Source of the DNA: an uncultured virus (IMG/VR IMGVR_UViG_3300008219_000006)
Lineage: Duplodnaviria > Heunggongvirae > Uroviricota > Caudoviricetes
Strand: one strand, 5' to 3'
DNA length: 64,000 nucleotides
IMG/VR virus record: IMGVR_UViG_3300008219_000006
This document shows positions 36,736 to 46,517 of the stretch, in pieces. The translations under genes and the position numbers were made by a program. The notes beneath the pieces are model-generated. The model worked only from the letters and a program-made list of their open reading frames with translations. It did no database searches and was not told where the DNA came from. Position 1 is the first letter of the stretch. The number at the start of each line of letters is the position of its first letter.

Positions 36736-37746
36736 ATGCCATTATGGAAACCAACTAATATTGAAGCGATGGGAGATGTCCCCGATACTAAACTTGTTTG
36801 CTGGTATAGCTCTAAAGATAGCCGTACCATTAAGCTTGCTCATAGTGGTGAACTTACTTATTGGCAAGATAGATCAAAAAATAATAATGTATTAATAGGA
36901 GATTCTGGCAAAAAACCCACTCTTACGTTTACTACTACAGGAAAACCTCAGTTTACATTTGATGGATCTAATGATACTTTAACTACTGCTGCTGATCCTA
37001 GTGGATGGGCTATAGGAACTAATAATACTTGGTGGATGATAGGTATGTCTTTTCCTGTTGCCAATGATCCCAAAGGTGATGGTAGTAGTGCTTATTATAC
37101 TTTGTTAGGAAAAGATACAAATGACGCTAATGAACCTTTAAATCAAATGTTTAATGCCTCTGGCAGTAGAGAAGCAGATCAATGGAGGGGTAAATTCGAT
37201 TTAAATCAAGATAGTGCTGAGCAATTTACTACTGCGGGAGATATTGTTCCAGTAGATAATAAACCTTTTGTTTTTGAAAGTGGGAGAGTAAAAGATAATG
37301 CTGCTGGAGATACATCTGCGGATAATGGAGAATGTTTTATATATTTTAATGGAGCAGATTATTCAGCTGGAGCTGACCATTCTACTGGTTCTTTAACTAA
37401 TACAAACGAATTGAGGGTGGGTAGTTTAGATGGAGGAGCAGTATCTAAAATATCTACTTTAGAAATTGTTGTGTATACTAGAGGAGCAAGTACTGCTCAA
37501 TATGATACATGGTTAAGAGAAGAACTTGAGGGGTATATTGCACATAGTATGGGAATACAAACTGATTTAAGAACTAAAGAGTTTCATACTGGATCTGATA
37601 CTAATAATCATCCCTATAGATTTGGGGCTCCAACTTGTGGTCATTCAGTATCAGGACAAAATCTAGGAACTAAATTCTTATCGCACTCTTTAACTAATCA
37701 ATATGAATTAAATGATGGATTAAATACTTATTGTTCAGGAAGGTAA
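36736..37746 (+). CDS. Concanavalin/LamG-like virion protein
   Basis: LVCWY, WQDRSKNNN, FDGSNDTL, LEGYIAH and HPYR..AP motifs. Confidence 0.65.
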   Translation: MPLWKPTNIEAMGDVPDTKLVCWYSSKDSRTIKLAHSGELTYWQDRSKNNNVLIGDSGKKPTLTFTTTGKPQFTFDGSNDTLTTAADPSGWAIGTNNTWWMIGMSFPVANDPKGDGSSAYYTLLGKDTNDANEPLNQMFNASGSREADQWRGKFDLNQDSAEQFTTAGDIVPVDNKPFVFESGRVKDNAAGDTSADNGECFIYFNGADYSAGADHSTGSLTNTNELRVGSLDGGAVSKISTLEIVVYTRGASTAQYDTWLREELEGYIAHSMGIQTDLRTKEFHTGSDTNNHPYRFGAPTCGHSVSGQNLGTKFLSHSLTNQYELNDGLNTYCSGR

Positions 37747-37748
37747 AT

Positions 37749-39461
37749 ATGAATCCAACACAAGAAGTACTAAACGACTTTCGTAACCATTTATGGGCTT
37801 GCTTTAAATACTTGGGATTGGGAGAACCTACTCCTGCCCAGTATGCAATGGCTGATGCATTGCAAGAAGGTCCTAAAGATATGCAGCTTCAGGCTGGTAG
37901 GGGTTTCGGAAAGTCGGTTATTACTTCTTGTCTGGCTAGTTGGTTCCTTCTTAAGGATCCAAATACCACCATTCTAGTTATTTCAGCTACAGGTAGCAAG
38001 GCTACAGAGTTTATTAGTATGACAAGAAGGATCTTAGACCTTGTTCCATACTGTAGATCTCTAAAACCGGGAGATAGTACCGTTGATAATGCATTTGCTT
38101 TTAATGTTGAGTCCCGTACTAAGACTGGTCAAGACAAATCTTGCTTTGCCCGTGGAATAACGAGTCAGATAACAGGTTCTCACTCAGAATTTATTATCTT
38201 TGATGATGTAGAGATAGAAGGAAATTGTGAAACTCCCGCAGCTAGGCAAAAATTACTTAATAAGTGTCTAGAAGCCGAACAAATCCGAAATCCGGGTGGA
38301 AGAATCATCTTCTTAGGTACTCCTCAGATCAAAGATTCTATATATCTTCAACTTGCTGAGCATTATCCTGTTACTAAGTTCCCTGCTATTATGCCAGACC
38401 GAGGAAATCCAGCTGAATGTGAAAATATTAATGATTATATCTGGGAATTAGGTATAGAATCCGGAGAACCTACCCAACCAGAGCGATTCTCCAAGGATTT
38501 GCTCCTTGAACGCATGGCAAAGATTGGTCCTACCCTCTTTAGCTTGCATTATAAGCTGGATACTAGCTTAGCTGATGCTCAGAAATATCCTCTTCGATTG
38601 GGGGACCTTTTGGTGATAGACCTAGATCCCTTTGTAGGGCCTGAGAAGCTTGTCTGGGCGAGTTCTGACCCTAATAGGTCCATCCCTACCTTTGGAATCG
38701 CTGGAGACGGCATATTCAATCCTATGTGGGTTTCTGATGTCTTCTTACCATACGAACAAACCATTATGAGCATTGACCCAGCGGGTCGGGGTAAGGATGA
38801 AACTGCAATAATTATAGGATCTACATTAAATGGATATGTTTTTATCCATGAGCTGATAGGTGTTGAGGGAAATGGATATGACCAATCTGTTCTTCAGAAA
38901 ATAGCTGGATTAATTAATCAATATAAAATTAATCTGGTTAGGGTTGAGGCAAACTTTGGAGATGCTATGTATATCCAGCTTCTTCGACCTGTAGTTTCTC
39001 AGTTATGTGGACCTGTGGCAATAGAAGAATACAAGGTAGGGGGTCAAAAGGAATCTAGAATCCTTAAAACTTTAGAACCTGTTTTTGGAAATCATCGCTT
39101 AGTCTTTAACAAGAAGGCTATTAGAGAAGAGAAAACGCAACGACAAATTACTAGACTTAGTTATAGTAGAGGAGCCTTGGCTCACGATGACCGTATTGAT
39201 GTTCTCTCTTCGGTTGTGTCTTACTTTCAAGACAGGTTACAGTTTGATGTTGATGAGCAAATCAAAAGAAGAGAAGAATGGAATCAACAAAGAGTTGTCG
39301 ATGGTTGGCTTAGTGATTCAAGAGGTTATCATTTGTTAGGTAATAAAGTTAGTGGTGCTGTTGTAGTTAACGGCAAGCCTCTAGGAGAACAAAAAAAGAA
39401 AAGACATAGCGTACTTAAAAATACATATAAACAAAATATGTGGAATAGGAGAAGGAAATAA
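37749..39461 (+). CDS. Terminase large subunit (T7 gp19-like)
   Basis: QAGRGFGKS, ITSQITGS, IIFDDVE, LGTPQ, SIDPAGRGKDET, EANFGD, HDDRID. Confidence 0.96.
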   Translation: MNPTQEVLNDFRNHLWACFKYLGLGEPTPAQYAMADALQEGPKDMQLQAGRGFGKSVITSCLASWFLLKDPNTTILVISATGSKATEFISMTRRILDLVPYCRSLKPGDSTVDNAFAFNVESRTKTGQDKSCFARGITSQITGSHSEFIIFDDVEIEGNCETPAARQKLLNKCLEAEQIRNPGGRIIFLGTPQIKDSIYLQLAEHYPVTKFPAIMPDRGNPAECENINDYIWELGIESGEPTQPERFSKDLLLERMAKIGPTLFSLHYKLDTSLADAQKYPLRLGDLLVIDLDPFVGPEKLVWASSDPNRSIPTFGIAGDGIFNPMWVSDVFLPYEQTIMSIDPAGRGKDETAIIIGSTLNGYVFIHELIGVEGNGYDQSVLQKIAGLINQYKINLVRVEANFGDAMYIQLLRPVVSQLCGPVAIEEYKVGGQKESRILKTLEPVFGNHRLVFNKKAIREEKTQRQITRLSYSRGALAHDDRIDVLSSVVSYFQDRLQFDVDEQIKRREEWNQQRVVDGWLSDSRGYHLLGNKVSGAVVVNGKPLGEQKKKRHSVLKNTYKQNMWNRRRK

Positions 39462-40198
39462 TGGGACCAATGATGTTGATGGCAGGTGTGCAAGTTGCAC
39501 AAGGGGTTATGTCAGCCTTTGGAGCTAGAGCTGAGGCTAAGAGAAAACAAAATGAATTTCTTCATAATGAATATATTCGTCAGACTAATTTTAATAAGCA
39601 ATCTTTTAATGAAATGATGGCTAATGTTAATAGGTCTATTATGAACGATAGAATTAGTTCAGCAGCTGCTACACAGTTTGGAACCAATCAAGCTATTATC
39701 AACATGATTCAAGATAAACAGGGCGAAGATGTGATGAGAAATTACAAAGCTTCAAAGGCTATGTTAACTAATGGATTACAAGGTAAAGGAATAGATCCTA
39801 GTTCAGGAACTGGAAAGGCACTAAGTCGTATGAATTTAAATAATACATTTGAAAGCATAAAAGCTCTTGAATGGAATCGTGCTCAATCCTTAAGAAAGAA
39901 TAGAGAAGAGTATGGAGCTGCTGTATCTAGAATGGATCTATCTTCTAAATTACCTGATGCATATATTCCGGGTGTCTATAGCGGTCCTACACCGGGCCAA
40001 GCCTTTACTTCAGGAATGATTAGTGCAGGTTTACAGGGTGTAGGAGCTTATGCAGGGGCAGCGCATCAAATGGGATCATCAAGCGTGGCAGGTGGTGGAA
40101 CATATCAACAAGGACTTCAAGGTACTATGTTTGGTGATTCTGGTACTCAGGGTGCTGGTATTCATCACTCACTAGGAGGCCGCTCATGGAGAGGATAG
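39461..40198 (+). CDS. Internal virion protein (gp14-like)
   Basis: Hydrophobic Ala/Gly-rich ends, helical core, G..G motif; precedes large internal proteins. Confidence 0.65.
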   Translation: MGPMMLMAGVQVAQGVMSAFGARAEAKRKQNEFLHNEYIRQTNFNKQSFNEMMANVNRSIMNDRISSAAATQFGTNQAIINMIQDKQGEDVMRNYKASKAMLTNGLQGKGIDPSSGTGKALSRMNLNNTFESIKALEWNRAQSLRKNREEYGAAVSRMDLSSKLPDAYIPGVYSGPTPGQAFTSGMISAGLQGVGAYAGAAHQMGSSSVAGGGTYQQGLQGTMFGDSGTQGAGIHHSLGGRSWRG

Positions 40199-40210
40199 GA
40201 GAAATAGATT

Positions 40211-43200
40211 ATGCCAAAAACTGATACAACCAGAAGGGCAGAGAATCAAGCTAGAATACAGATACAACAACAAGCTGTACAACCACAAGCACAATTCTCA
40301 CAGGTAACTCCTCAGCCTATCCCTCAGTTTGAAATGGGAAGGTTAGAAGCAGGTCCTCAGTTAAGAGGACCCGGTGATGCGGAAATTCTTTTCAAAACCT
40401 TAGGTAGTGAACTTACCAGAGCCGTGAAAACCTATCAGAGTGTTAAGGATGAAACTGAGAGGGAAGATGCTGATAAACTAAAAAAAGAAATTGATGAAAT
40501 TAGAAAAGAAGTAGGCGTAACTTTAGATGAACATGTAGCTTTAAGTAAAATAGAAGAACTGAAATCCAAATATGAGTGGGAAAAAGGTACACCTGTAGAC
40601 AATCTTTGGTGGGATGAAATGCATAGATTCTCTGCTGCCGCAAACAAAGATTTATTGGGCGATAAGATGGATGAGTTTCGTCTTCAGGCTTCTAAGATAC
40701 CAGAAGTAGAAGATCGTAGAAACTTTTGGAGAGATACTATTAATAATGGAAATTCTCCTCCCGGTCTTGAAGATCTTATTAGGGCTGAGCTTATCAGAGA
40801 AGAAACGGGACTGGCTCAGGAAACCTATGCAATGCTAAGAGATAAAGCTGAGCTAGATATGATGGCTAAATATGATGAGATAATAAACGATCCAGATACA
40901 CTTTTTGAACTGCCTCCTAGAGCTGATGCTATTATTAATATGAGCAAAGCAATAGATCTTATTGGAGATCCTGTAACAATTTCAGAATTTATTGATCCTA
41001 CTAGTGGTCTGGTAGATATTGACAGCATGACTAGATATGCTGAAGAAAATGGGATTGAGTTAAATCATGTTACTAAGGAATCTCATTTAAAAAATGTAGA
41101 TCTTGCTAGAAAAATATATAGTAATATGGAAACGTCTGTGAGGAACGCAAAGCCTAGTAAAGGTCGAGCAAGAACAACACTATCTACCGATGAATCCAAT
41201 GTATCAGAATATAAAGCTGCTGGTAAGACTGGATATTATGGACATCATTTATCACAGATAAATGAGGTGAGAGAAAATACTGATAGATCTTTAGATGGTA
41301 TATTAGTTGAAATGGGAGGAAACTTATTTATTAATCCCATAGCAGTTAATACTCCTCCTACTTTACAAATAAGATCTGATATGGAAGTACCCCTAGACCA
41401 AGCAACACCAGAGTCTTTAAAAAAGCAGGGAGGTTTTTGGGGAGCATTCTTAAATAAATTTGATAGTGCAGAAGATCAAAAATCTATTGTAAGAGCATAT
41501 AAATTAACTAAAAAACAATGGGATGAAAAAGTATTACAAACAGATCGTGTAAGAAGATTTCAAGATTGGGATCGGGTTACTAAGAACGAACTAATAAGGG
41601 CAATGGAAAGAGAATCTGTTTTAGAATTTAATGAGAAGGGTCTTGCTGTTTCTTATAGAGAAGGAGAGGAAAGAGAAATAGATATGGTTACAGAGGTTTT
41701 TATCGAGGCGAATGCTGCGTCTGGAAATAAAGACGAGAATCTTCACAGGGCAAGAGGGATGTGGATTGGTCATTTAAAAGAAATGGGTATTGATCCTAAG
41801 ATTATAGACGGTTTCTCAAAACCTTCTTCTAATTCAAATAATGATAAGTTTGTTTGGTTTTTAGATGAGTTAAAAAGCGATCCTAGGTTTCATCATGTTG
41901 TTGCTATTAATGGTCGTACAACATTAAGAGATCCCTTAGATGCTCTTGAGGGATTAGTAGGTCGAACAGAAGAAAACTTAAGTGTGGCTGGATATGATGA
42001 AGAAATACAAAAAACACATGCAATTAATAACAGTATTTTAGAAACATTAGTAAAATTGGGAGTTCCTTTAACAGATTTTTATAAAAAGGTTGAAGAGGAG
42101 TACAAACTTAAGGAGGATGTGTTTTCAAGTAAGGGACAGTTTCAGCAATTTATTGCAGGTGATATATTTTTTACGACTGAAGAAGGAAATGAGGTATATA
42201 TAAGCGATCTCTTTGATGTTGAAAAACATGAGGATCAAATAAAAACACTTAATCAACTCTGGCAACGAAATCTTTTTAGGGATTCAAACTGGGAAACTGT
42301 TGATTTAATAGATTTAAGGGGAGAATCTTTGAAGAGAGGACAACGTGATGGAGCAATACTTAATGATTTACGCAAGTTAACCGATGAAGAAAGAGAGGAA
42401 GCAATAGCTGTCCACGCAGGAGTAAGAGGATGGGGTCTTTTTGCTAACGATCTTAGCGATGTGATTGATGCTGCCGGAACAACAGATTCTACTTTAAGAG
42501 TAAAGGGTATGATGGCATATGATAACGATGGGAATAAAAGATTTATTCCAGAAGGAGCAGATCTTAACAAGGTTCGTTATGAAGGATTAACTTTAGTCAA
42601 CAATGAAGTTGAAACATTTTATAATCCTATAGCTTTTTATGATTGGGGTAGAACTTTTGCAGACAGAATGAGAAAAAATCCAAATGCTGAGCCTGATAAT
42701 GAATCATCTTCTGAGTTATGGAGATCTTTACAAGAAGCTTGGCTAGAGTATTCTCCTATATTTGAAAGCTCTGTCACTACATTTGATGAGAAATCTCAAT
42801 CTGCATTTAATTCCATGCTTTTGTTTCACAAAGGATTGAGTGCAGGAAGTGCTGGAGAAATAGATATGGTTGAAGCAATTAGGATTTTGTCTACCTTAAC
42901 AGGTAGTGAATCAAGAGATCAAGTAGATTCTAGGAGTGCTTTTGAGAATTATGGTGTAGCACAGGCTGGACTAGTAACTCAATTGGCTAATCATCTTGAT
43001 GCAAAAACAAACATAGCATTCTTTAACTCTACGCCTGATAAATATAGAGATCTTATTAGAGGGCTAGATCCTAATGGAGGCGTTATAATTGAAGCATTAG
43101 TAGAAATGAATAAAAGACGTTTTCAACAAGATATATCCAATCGTGAAGACAATAGAAATTATAATAATAGCGAAAATATGGTGTTTAATCTTTTTGGAGT

Positions 43201-44947
43201 AGATACGACAACGCCGATATCTGAAACCGACGCAGTAAAGTATATAGCATCATTTCTTAGGAATCGTCTTATTGTACAGGCAATGGATCCTACTGCTTTT
43301 GAAAAAAGACATGCAGGTGGAACATTAAGTGATTATGATTTACTTAATAATATACTTAGCAGTATAGAAACACAAATTAACGAAAGTAGGGGAAAAGAGT
43401 CTTGGGAAGAGTTAGATATGAAAGATTTTCTAAGATTGCTTTGGAAAGGAGAAGCTTTAGGTGGTGCTCTTGCTATAGGAGGAATCTCAGTTGGAGATCC
43501 TTTACCTGATGATCATTTCTTAAGAGATTTTATATACTTAGACGAACCTAGCTGGACATTATGGGGAGGACTTGAATCATTATTTGGTATGACAGAAACA
43601 ACTGGAGAAGACTATGAAGGTTTGTGGGTTAGTGGAGATATTCCAACTAATTGGGGAAGAGATAGATCGGGACTGACTTGGGGCTGGGACCGGCTGATGG
43701 ATACAGACGAAGAGACGAGGCTGAAGTTTCAAACAATTATTGATGAGGTCGGTTTATCTCCTTATCCGCTTCTTCAGCAAGAACTAAGACCAGTAGGAAA
43801 TAGTTGGAGTGGTAATGATTTTGCTGCTCAGGGTTTGCAATCTCTGTATATGTTGGCACGATCAGTATATGCAGGACAAAGACAACGAGCGATGCATGAA
43901 TTATTAAAAAATAATCGAATATCTCAAACGATGGTGGGGTTGATGAATATAGGAACAGCAGCGGTTCAATTTCAGTCCGGTAGTACAATATCCCATATCT
44001 CTCCTCCAAACCGTGCTCCTCAGATGAATTCAGTAACACAAGGAACATGGGCATCATTTGCGAGGAATCCCGAAAGAACATTTATTAAGGATCCTAAGGA
44101 TGTGATAAGAGAACGTACATATATAAACCTAGGACCAAAAGCATACAGTGTTTGGATGGATGCAAGTAGGATAAGAAGTGAGCATATTACAAATAGAGAA
44201 AGTAATTATCATAAAAACGTAATATTAGATACGCTCTTTCAGCCAGCTGTAAGAGATGATGAAAAAGATGGTTTTCTGCCAGTAGGAACATTTCTAAGAA
44301 CTCCTGATATTGAAACGATACTTGGGGGTCGAATGGTAAATGTTCTTACTTCTGTTAGAACAAAGGGTAAATTAGTATCCATGGCTATGGAAATAATAAA
44401 ATCCTCTGCTAATCTTCCTAAGGATTTTAAAAGACAAGAAGCTAGTGAAAAAATTCTAGATAAATATAAAAAAACGATTGAGACTTATGCTCCTGAGGAA
44501 GGTACTTTGTTATCGTTTCTTGAAGCCATTTCTCAACATGATCCTGCTACATCTAGAGATAATCCATCAGGAAATCTAGGTACTATATTAGGAAGGCAAT
44601 CTCTTGGAGAAATAAGTGAAATGGTAAAGTTAAATAGTAAGCGACTGAATGGTGGTAACTTAGGGCAGCGTTCTTATTTTACTCATCCAGATGTGTTTGC
44701 TTTATATAGACCAGCAGAGGTAGAAACAAGGGAGGATAGAATTCCTTTATCCGGTGGTCCTCAGACTAGCTACCATATACCACGGGCGATTGTTAATCCA
44801 GATGGTACATTTAGTTTAAATTTCATGACTAGGAATAAAGATGGCGATAAGTATTATTCTCATGATGAGAGTTCACCTATGGGTTGGAGGAGTGCTGCGG
44901 GAACTAATATTGTTATTCCGGCTGCATGGTTAAAGCTCGAAGAATAA
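40211..44947 (+). CDS. Large internal virion/ejection protein (gp15-like position), 1578 aa
   Basis: Position after gp14-like gene; Q/P-rich N-terminus and helical composition; no catalytic motif recognised. Confidence 0.55.
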   Translation: MPKTDTTRRAENQARIQIQQQAVQPQAQFSQVTPQPIPQFEMGRLEAGPQLRGPGDAEILFKTLGSELTRAVKTYQSVKDETEREDADKLKKEIDEIRKEVGVTLDEHVALSKIEELKSKYEWEKGTPVDNLWWDEMHRFSAAANKDLLGDKMDEFRLQASKIPEVEDRRNFWRDTINNGNSPPGLEDLIRAELIREETGLAQETYAMLRDKAELDMMAKYDEIINDPDTLFELPPRADAIINMSKAIDLIGDPVTISEFIDPTSGLVDIDSMTRYAEENGIELNHVTKESHLKNVDLARKIYSNMETSVRNAKPSKGRARTTLSTDESNVSEYKAAGKTGYYGHHLSQINEVRENTDRSLDGILVEMGGNLFINPIAVNTPPTLQIRSDMEVPLDQATPESLKKQGGFWGAFLNKFDSAEDQKSIVRAYKLTKKQWDEKVLQTDRVRRFQDWDRVTKNELIRAMERESVLEFNEKGLAVSYREGEEREIDMVTEVFIEANAASGNKDENLHRARGMWIGHLKEMGIDPKIIDGFSKPSSNSNNDKFVWFLDELKSDPRFHHVVAINGRTTLRDPLDALEGLVGRTEENLSVAGYDEEIQKTHAINNSILETLVKLGVPLTDFYKKVEEEYKLKEDVFSSKGQFQQFIAGDIFFTTEEGNEVYISDLFDVEKHEDQIKTLNQLWQRNLFRDSNWETVDLIDLRGESLKRGQRDGAILNDLRKLTDEEREEAIAVHAGVRGWGLFANDLSDVIDAAGTTDSTLRVKGMMAYDNDGNKRFIPEGADLNKVRYEGLTLVNNEVETFYNPIAFYDWGRTFADRMRKNPNAEPDNESSSELWRSLQEAWLEYSPIFESSVTTFDEKSQSAFNSMLLFHKGLSAGSAGEIDMVEAIRILSTLTGSESRDQVDSRSAFENYGVAQAGLVTQLANHLDAKTNIAFFNSTPDKYRDLIRGLDPNGGVIIEALVEMNKRRFQQDISNREDNRNYNNSENMVFNLFGVDTTTPISETDAVKYIASFLRNRLIVQAMDPTAFEKRHAGGTLSDYDLLNNILSSIETQINESRGKESWEELDMKDFLRLLWKGEALGGALAIGGISVGDPLPDDHFLRDFIYLDEPSWTLWGGLESLFGMTETTGEDYEGLWVSGDIPTNWGRDRSGLTWGWDRLMDTDEETRLKFQTIIDEVGLSPYPLLQQELRPVGNSWSGNDFAAQGLQSLYMLARSVYAGQRQRAMHELLKNNRISQTMVGLMNIGTAAVQFQSGSTISHISPPNRAPQMNSVTQGTWASFARNPERTFIKDPKDVIRERTYINLGPKAYSVWMDASRIRSEHITNRESNYHKNVILDTLFQPAVRDDEKDGFLPVGTFLRTPDIETILGGRMVNVLTSVRTKGKLVSMAMEIIKSSANLPKDFKRQEASEKILDKYKKTIETYAPEEGTLLSFLEAISQHDPATSRDNPSGNLGTILGRQSLGEISEMVKLNSKRLNGGNLGQRSYFTHPDVFALYRPAEVETREDRIPLSGGPQTSYHIPRAIVNPDGTFSLNFMTRNKDGDKYYSHDESSPMGWRSAAGTNIVIPAAWLKLEE

Positions 44948-44961
44948 AAAAGGGGAGAACA

Positions 44962-45246
44962 ATGGATAGTGCGGATCTAATTGAACTAATTGAAACATTG
45001 GGATTTCCTGTATTTATGGCTATTGTTCTCATTGGTGGGATTTACTTTATGATGAAGTGGATGATGAATACTCTTATGGGAAAATTGTCTGGGTTGTGGG
45101 ATATGACTGTCAAACTGATAGATCGAATACGAGCACTTGACAATAGTATTATTCGTCTTGAGACTATGATTAGGATTCTCAAGGATATTGACCCAGATTG
45201 GGAACGAATTGGAAAACTAGATAACGAAGATAAAAGGACAGATTAA
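44962..45246 (+). CDS. Holin-like membrane protein
   Basis: LIETLGFPV..TM helix followed by coiled coil; close to the lysozyme gene. Confidence 0.6.
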   Translation: MDSADLIELIETLGFPVFMAIVLIGGIYFMMKWMMNTLMGKLSGLWDMTVKLIDRIRALDNSIIRLETMIRILKDIDPDWERIGKLDNEDKRTD

Positions 45247-45392
45247 TGAGAAGAAGGTTATTGCTAAAAGTTGCCTCGGTTATGTTATTGTTTCAGGGTT
45301 ATTGTGCAGTCTCAGCAGGTAATTCTGCTATGGGAACTTGCTTTATCATCTTATCTACTTATTTTTGGTTTCATAGAAACTGGATAAAATAA
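45246..45392 (+). CDS. 48-aa two-helix membrane protein
   Basis: MRRRLLLKVASVMLLFQGY...; TAATG coupling. Confidence 0.4.
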   Translation: MRRRLLLKVASVMLLFQGYCAVSAGNSAMGTCFIILSTYFWFHRNWIK

Positions 45393-45424
45393 TTATTAGT
45401 ATATTTATACTGCTTATAGGAGTA

Positions 45425-46477
45425 ATGTTAATGGGTGAAGATAATATCGGTTATATTATAAATAGAGGAGATAGCTTATATCGAATTGCTAAAGAACACC
45501 AAACTACTATAGATGAGCTGATGAAACTAAACAGAGATATTATTGAAAATCCTGATCAAATTAGAGCAGGTGAAAAGATAAATGTTCCACAGATAGGTAC
45601 TAGACTTAATCCTGAATACGATAGCCTCAGAAAAGATTATATGTCTAATATACAGCTTAAAGAAGGATTTAAAGGATACATCTATAAAGATCCGTATGGA
45701 ATACCAACAATAGGATTTGGAACAAAATGGACTCCAGAAGCTGCTATAAGATTAGGAAAGATTATAGGCGGTAAAAAAGTAATGAATATTAAAAACGGAT
45801 CAGACAAGCTTAGTAGACCCGAAGCTATGCTTTTAGCTGGACAAAGTTTGGCTCATTACGAGAAAACATCAAGATCAATGGTTGGAGATAATATTTTTAA
45901 ACCTCTTCCTTTACCACTAAGACAACATATGGTTAGGGAAACAAGACGGGGATGTTGGACTAAGAATGTAGATAGAGGAAGTCCTAAGGCTATTAAGGCT
46001 TTCATTAATAGAGATTTTAAAGAGTTTAAATTTCAAATGACAGAGGGTAGGAAAGAATGGAGAGATGCCCTTGATAGAAATGCAAGAGGAATTAGAAATA
46101 ATATAAATGATTTTATTCAAGAAGCCAAAGAAGGATGGTTTGATCCAGAAGAGAAAAGATTTCAAGAAGGATATTCAGAACTTGTAAAACAAGCTGGTTT
46201 AGCTAAAGATCCGGATGATCCATTGCATCAGTATGATTATAGAGCTTTATTTTATAATGAAGGATTTGACTTGAGTCCGGGTGCTCATCAGATTAGTAAA
46301 CACAAAAAACTAGGTCATCCTCATTTAATACTCCCCGCTTCTCAGGTATTTAAAGATGGGCTACCCGAAGGAATAAAATCTACGGATCTTATTGATACTA
46401 GAGACGGTACTCTAGCAGATGACAAACTTATTGAAAGAAACAGATATTTAACAAGAGGACTATTAAAAAAACCATAA
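45425..46477 (+). CDS. LysM-domain lysozyme (GH24/T4-type catalytic motif)
   Basis: LysM YIINRGDSLYRIA...LMKLN...I.AGEKINVP; EGFKGYIYKDPYGIPTIGFG (E-8x-D-5x-T). Confidence 0.85.
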   Translation: MLMGEDNIGYIINRGDSLYRIAKEHQTTIDELMKLNRDIIENPDQIRAGEKINVPQIGTRLNPEYDSLRKDYMSNIQLKEGFKGYIYKDPYGIPTIGFGTKWTPEAAIRLGKIIGGKKVMNIKNGSDKLSRPEAMLLAGQSLAHYEKTSRSMVGDNIFKPLPLPLRQHMVRETRRGCWTKNVDRGSPKAIKAFINRDFKEFKFQMTEGRKEWRDALDRNARGIRNNINDFIQEAKEGWFDPEEKRFQEGYSELVKQAGLAKDPDDPLHQYDYRALFYNEGFDLSPGAHQISKHKKLGHPHLILPASQVFKDGLPEGIKSTDLIDTRDGTLADDKLIERNRYLTRGLLKKP

Positions 46478-46517
46478 GACGATATTAAAAATCGGTAACA
46501 TACTTTCTTAAGGAGAA

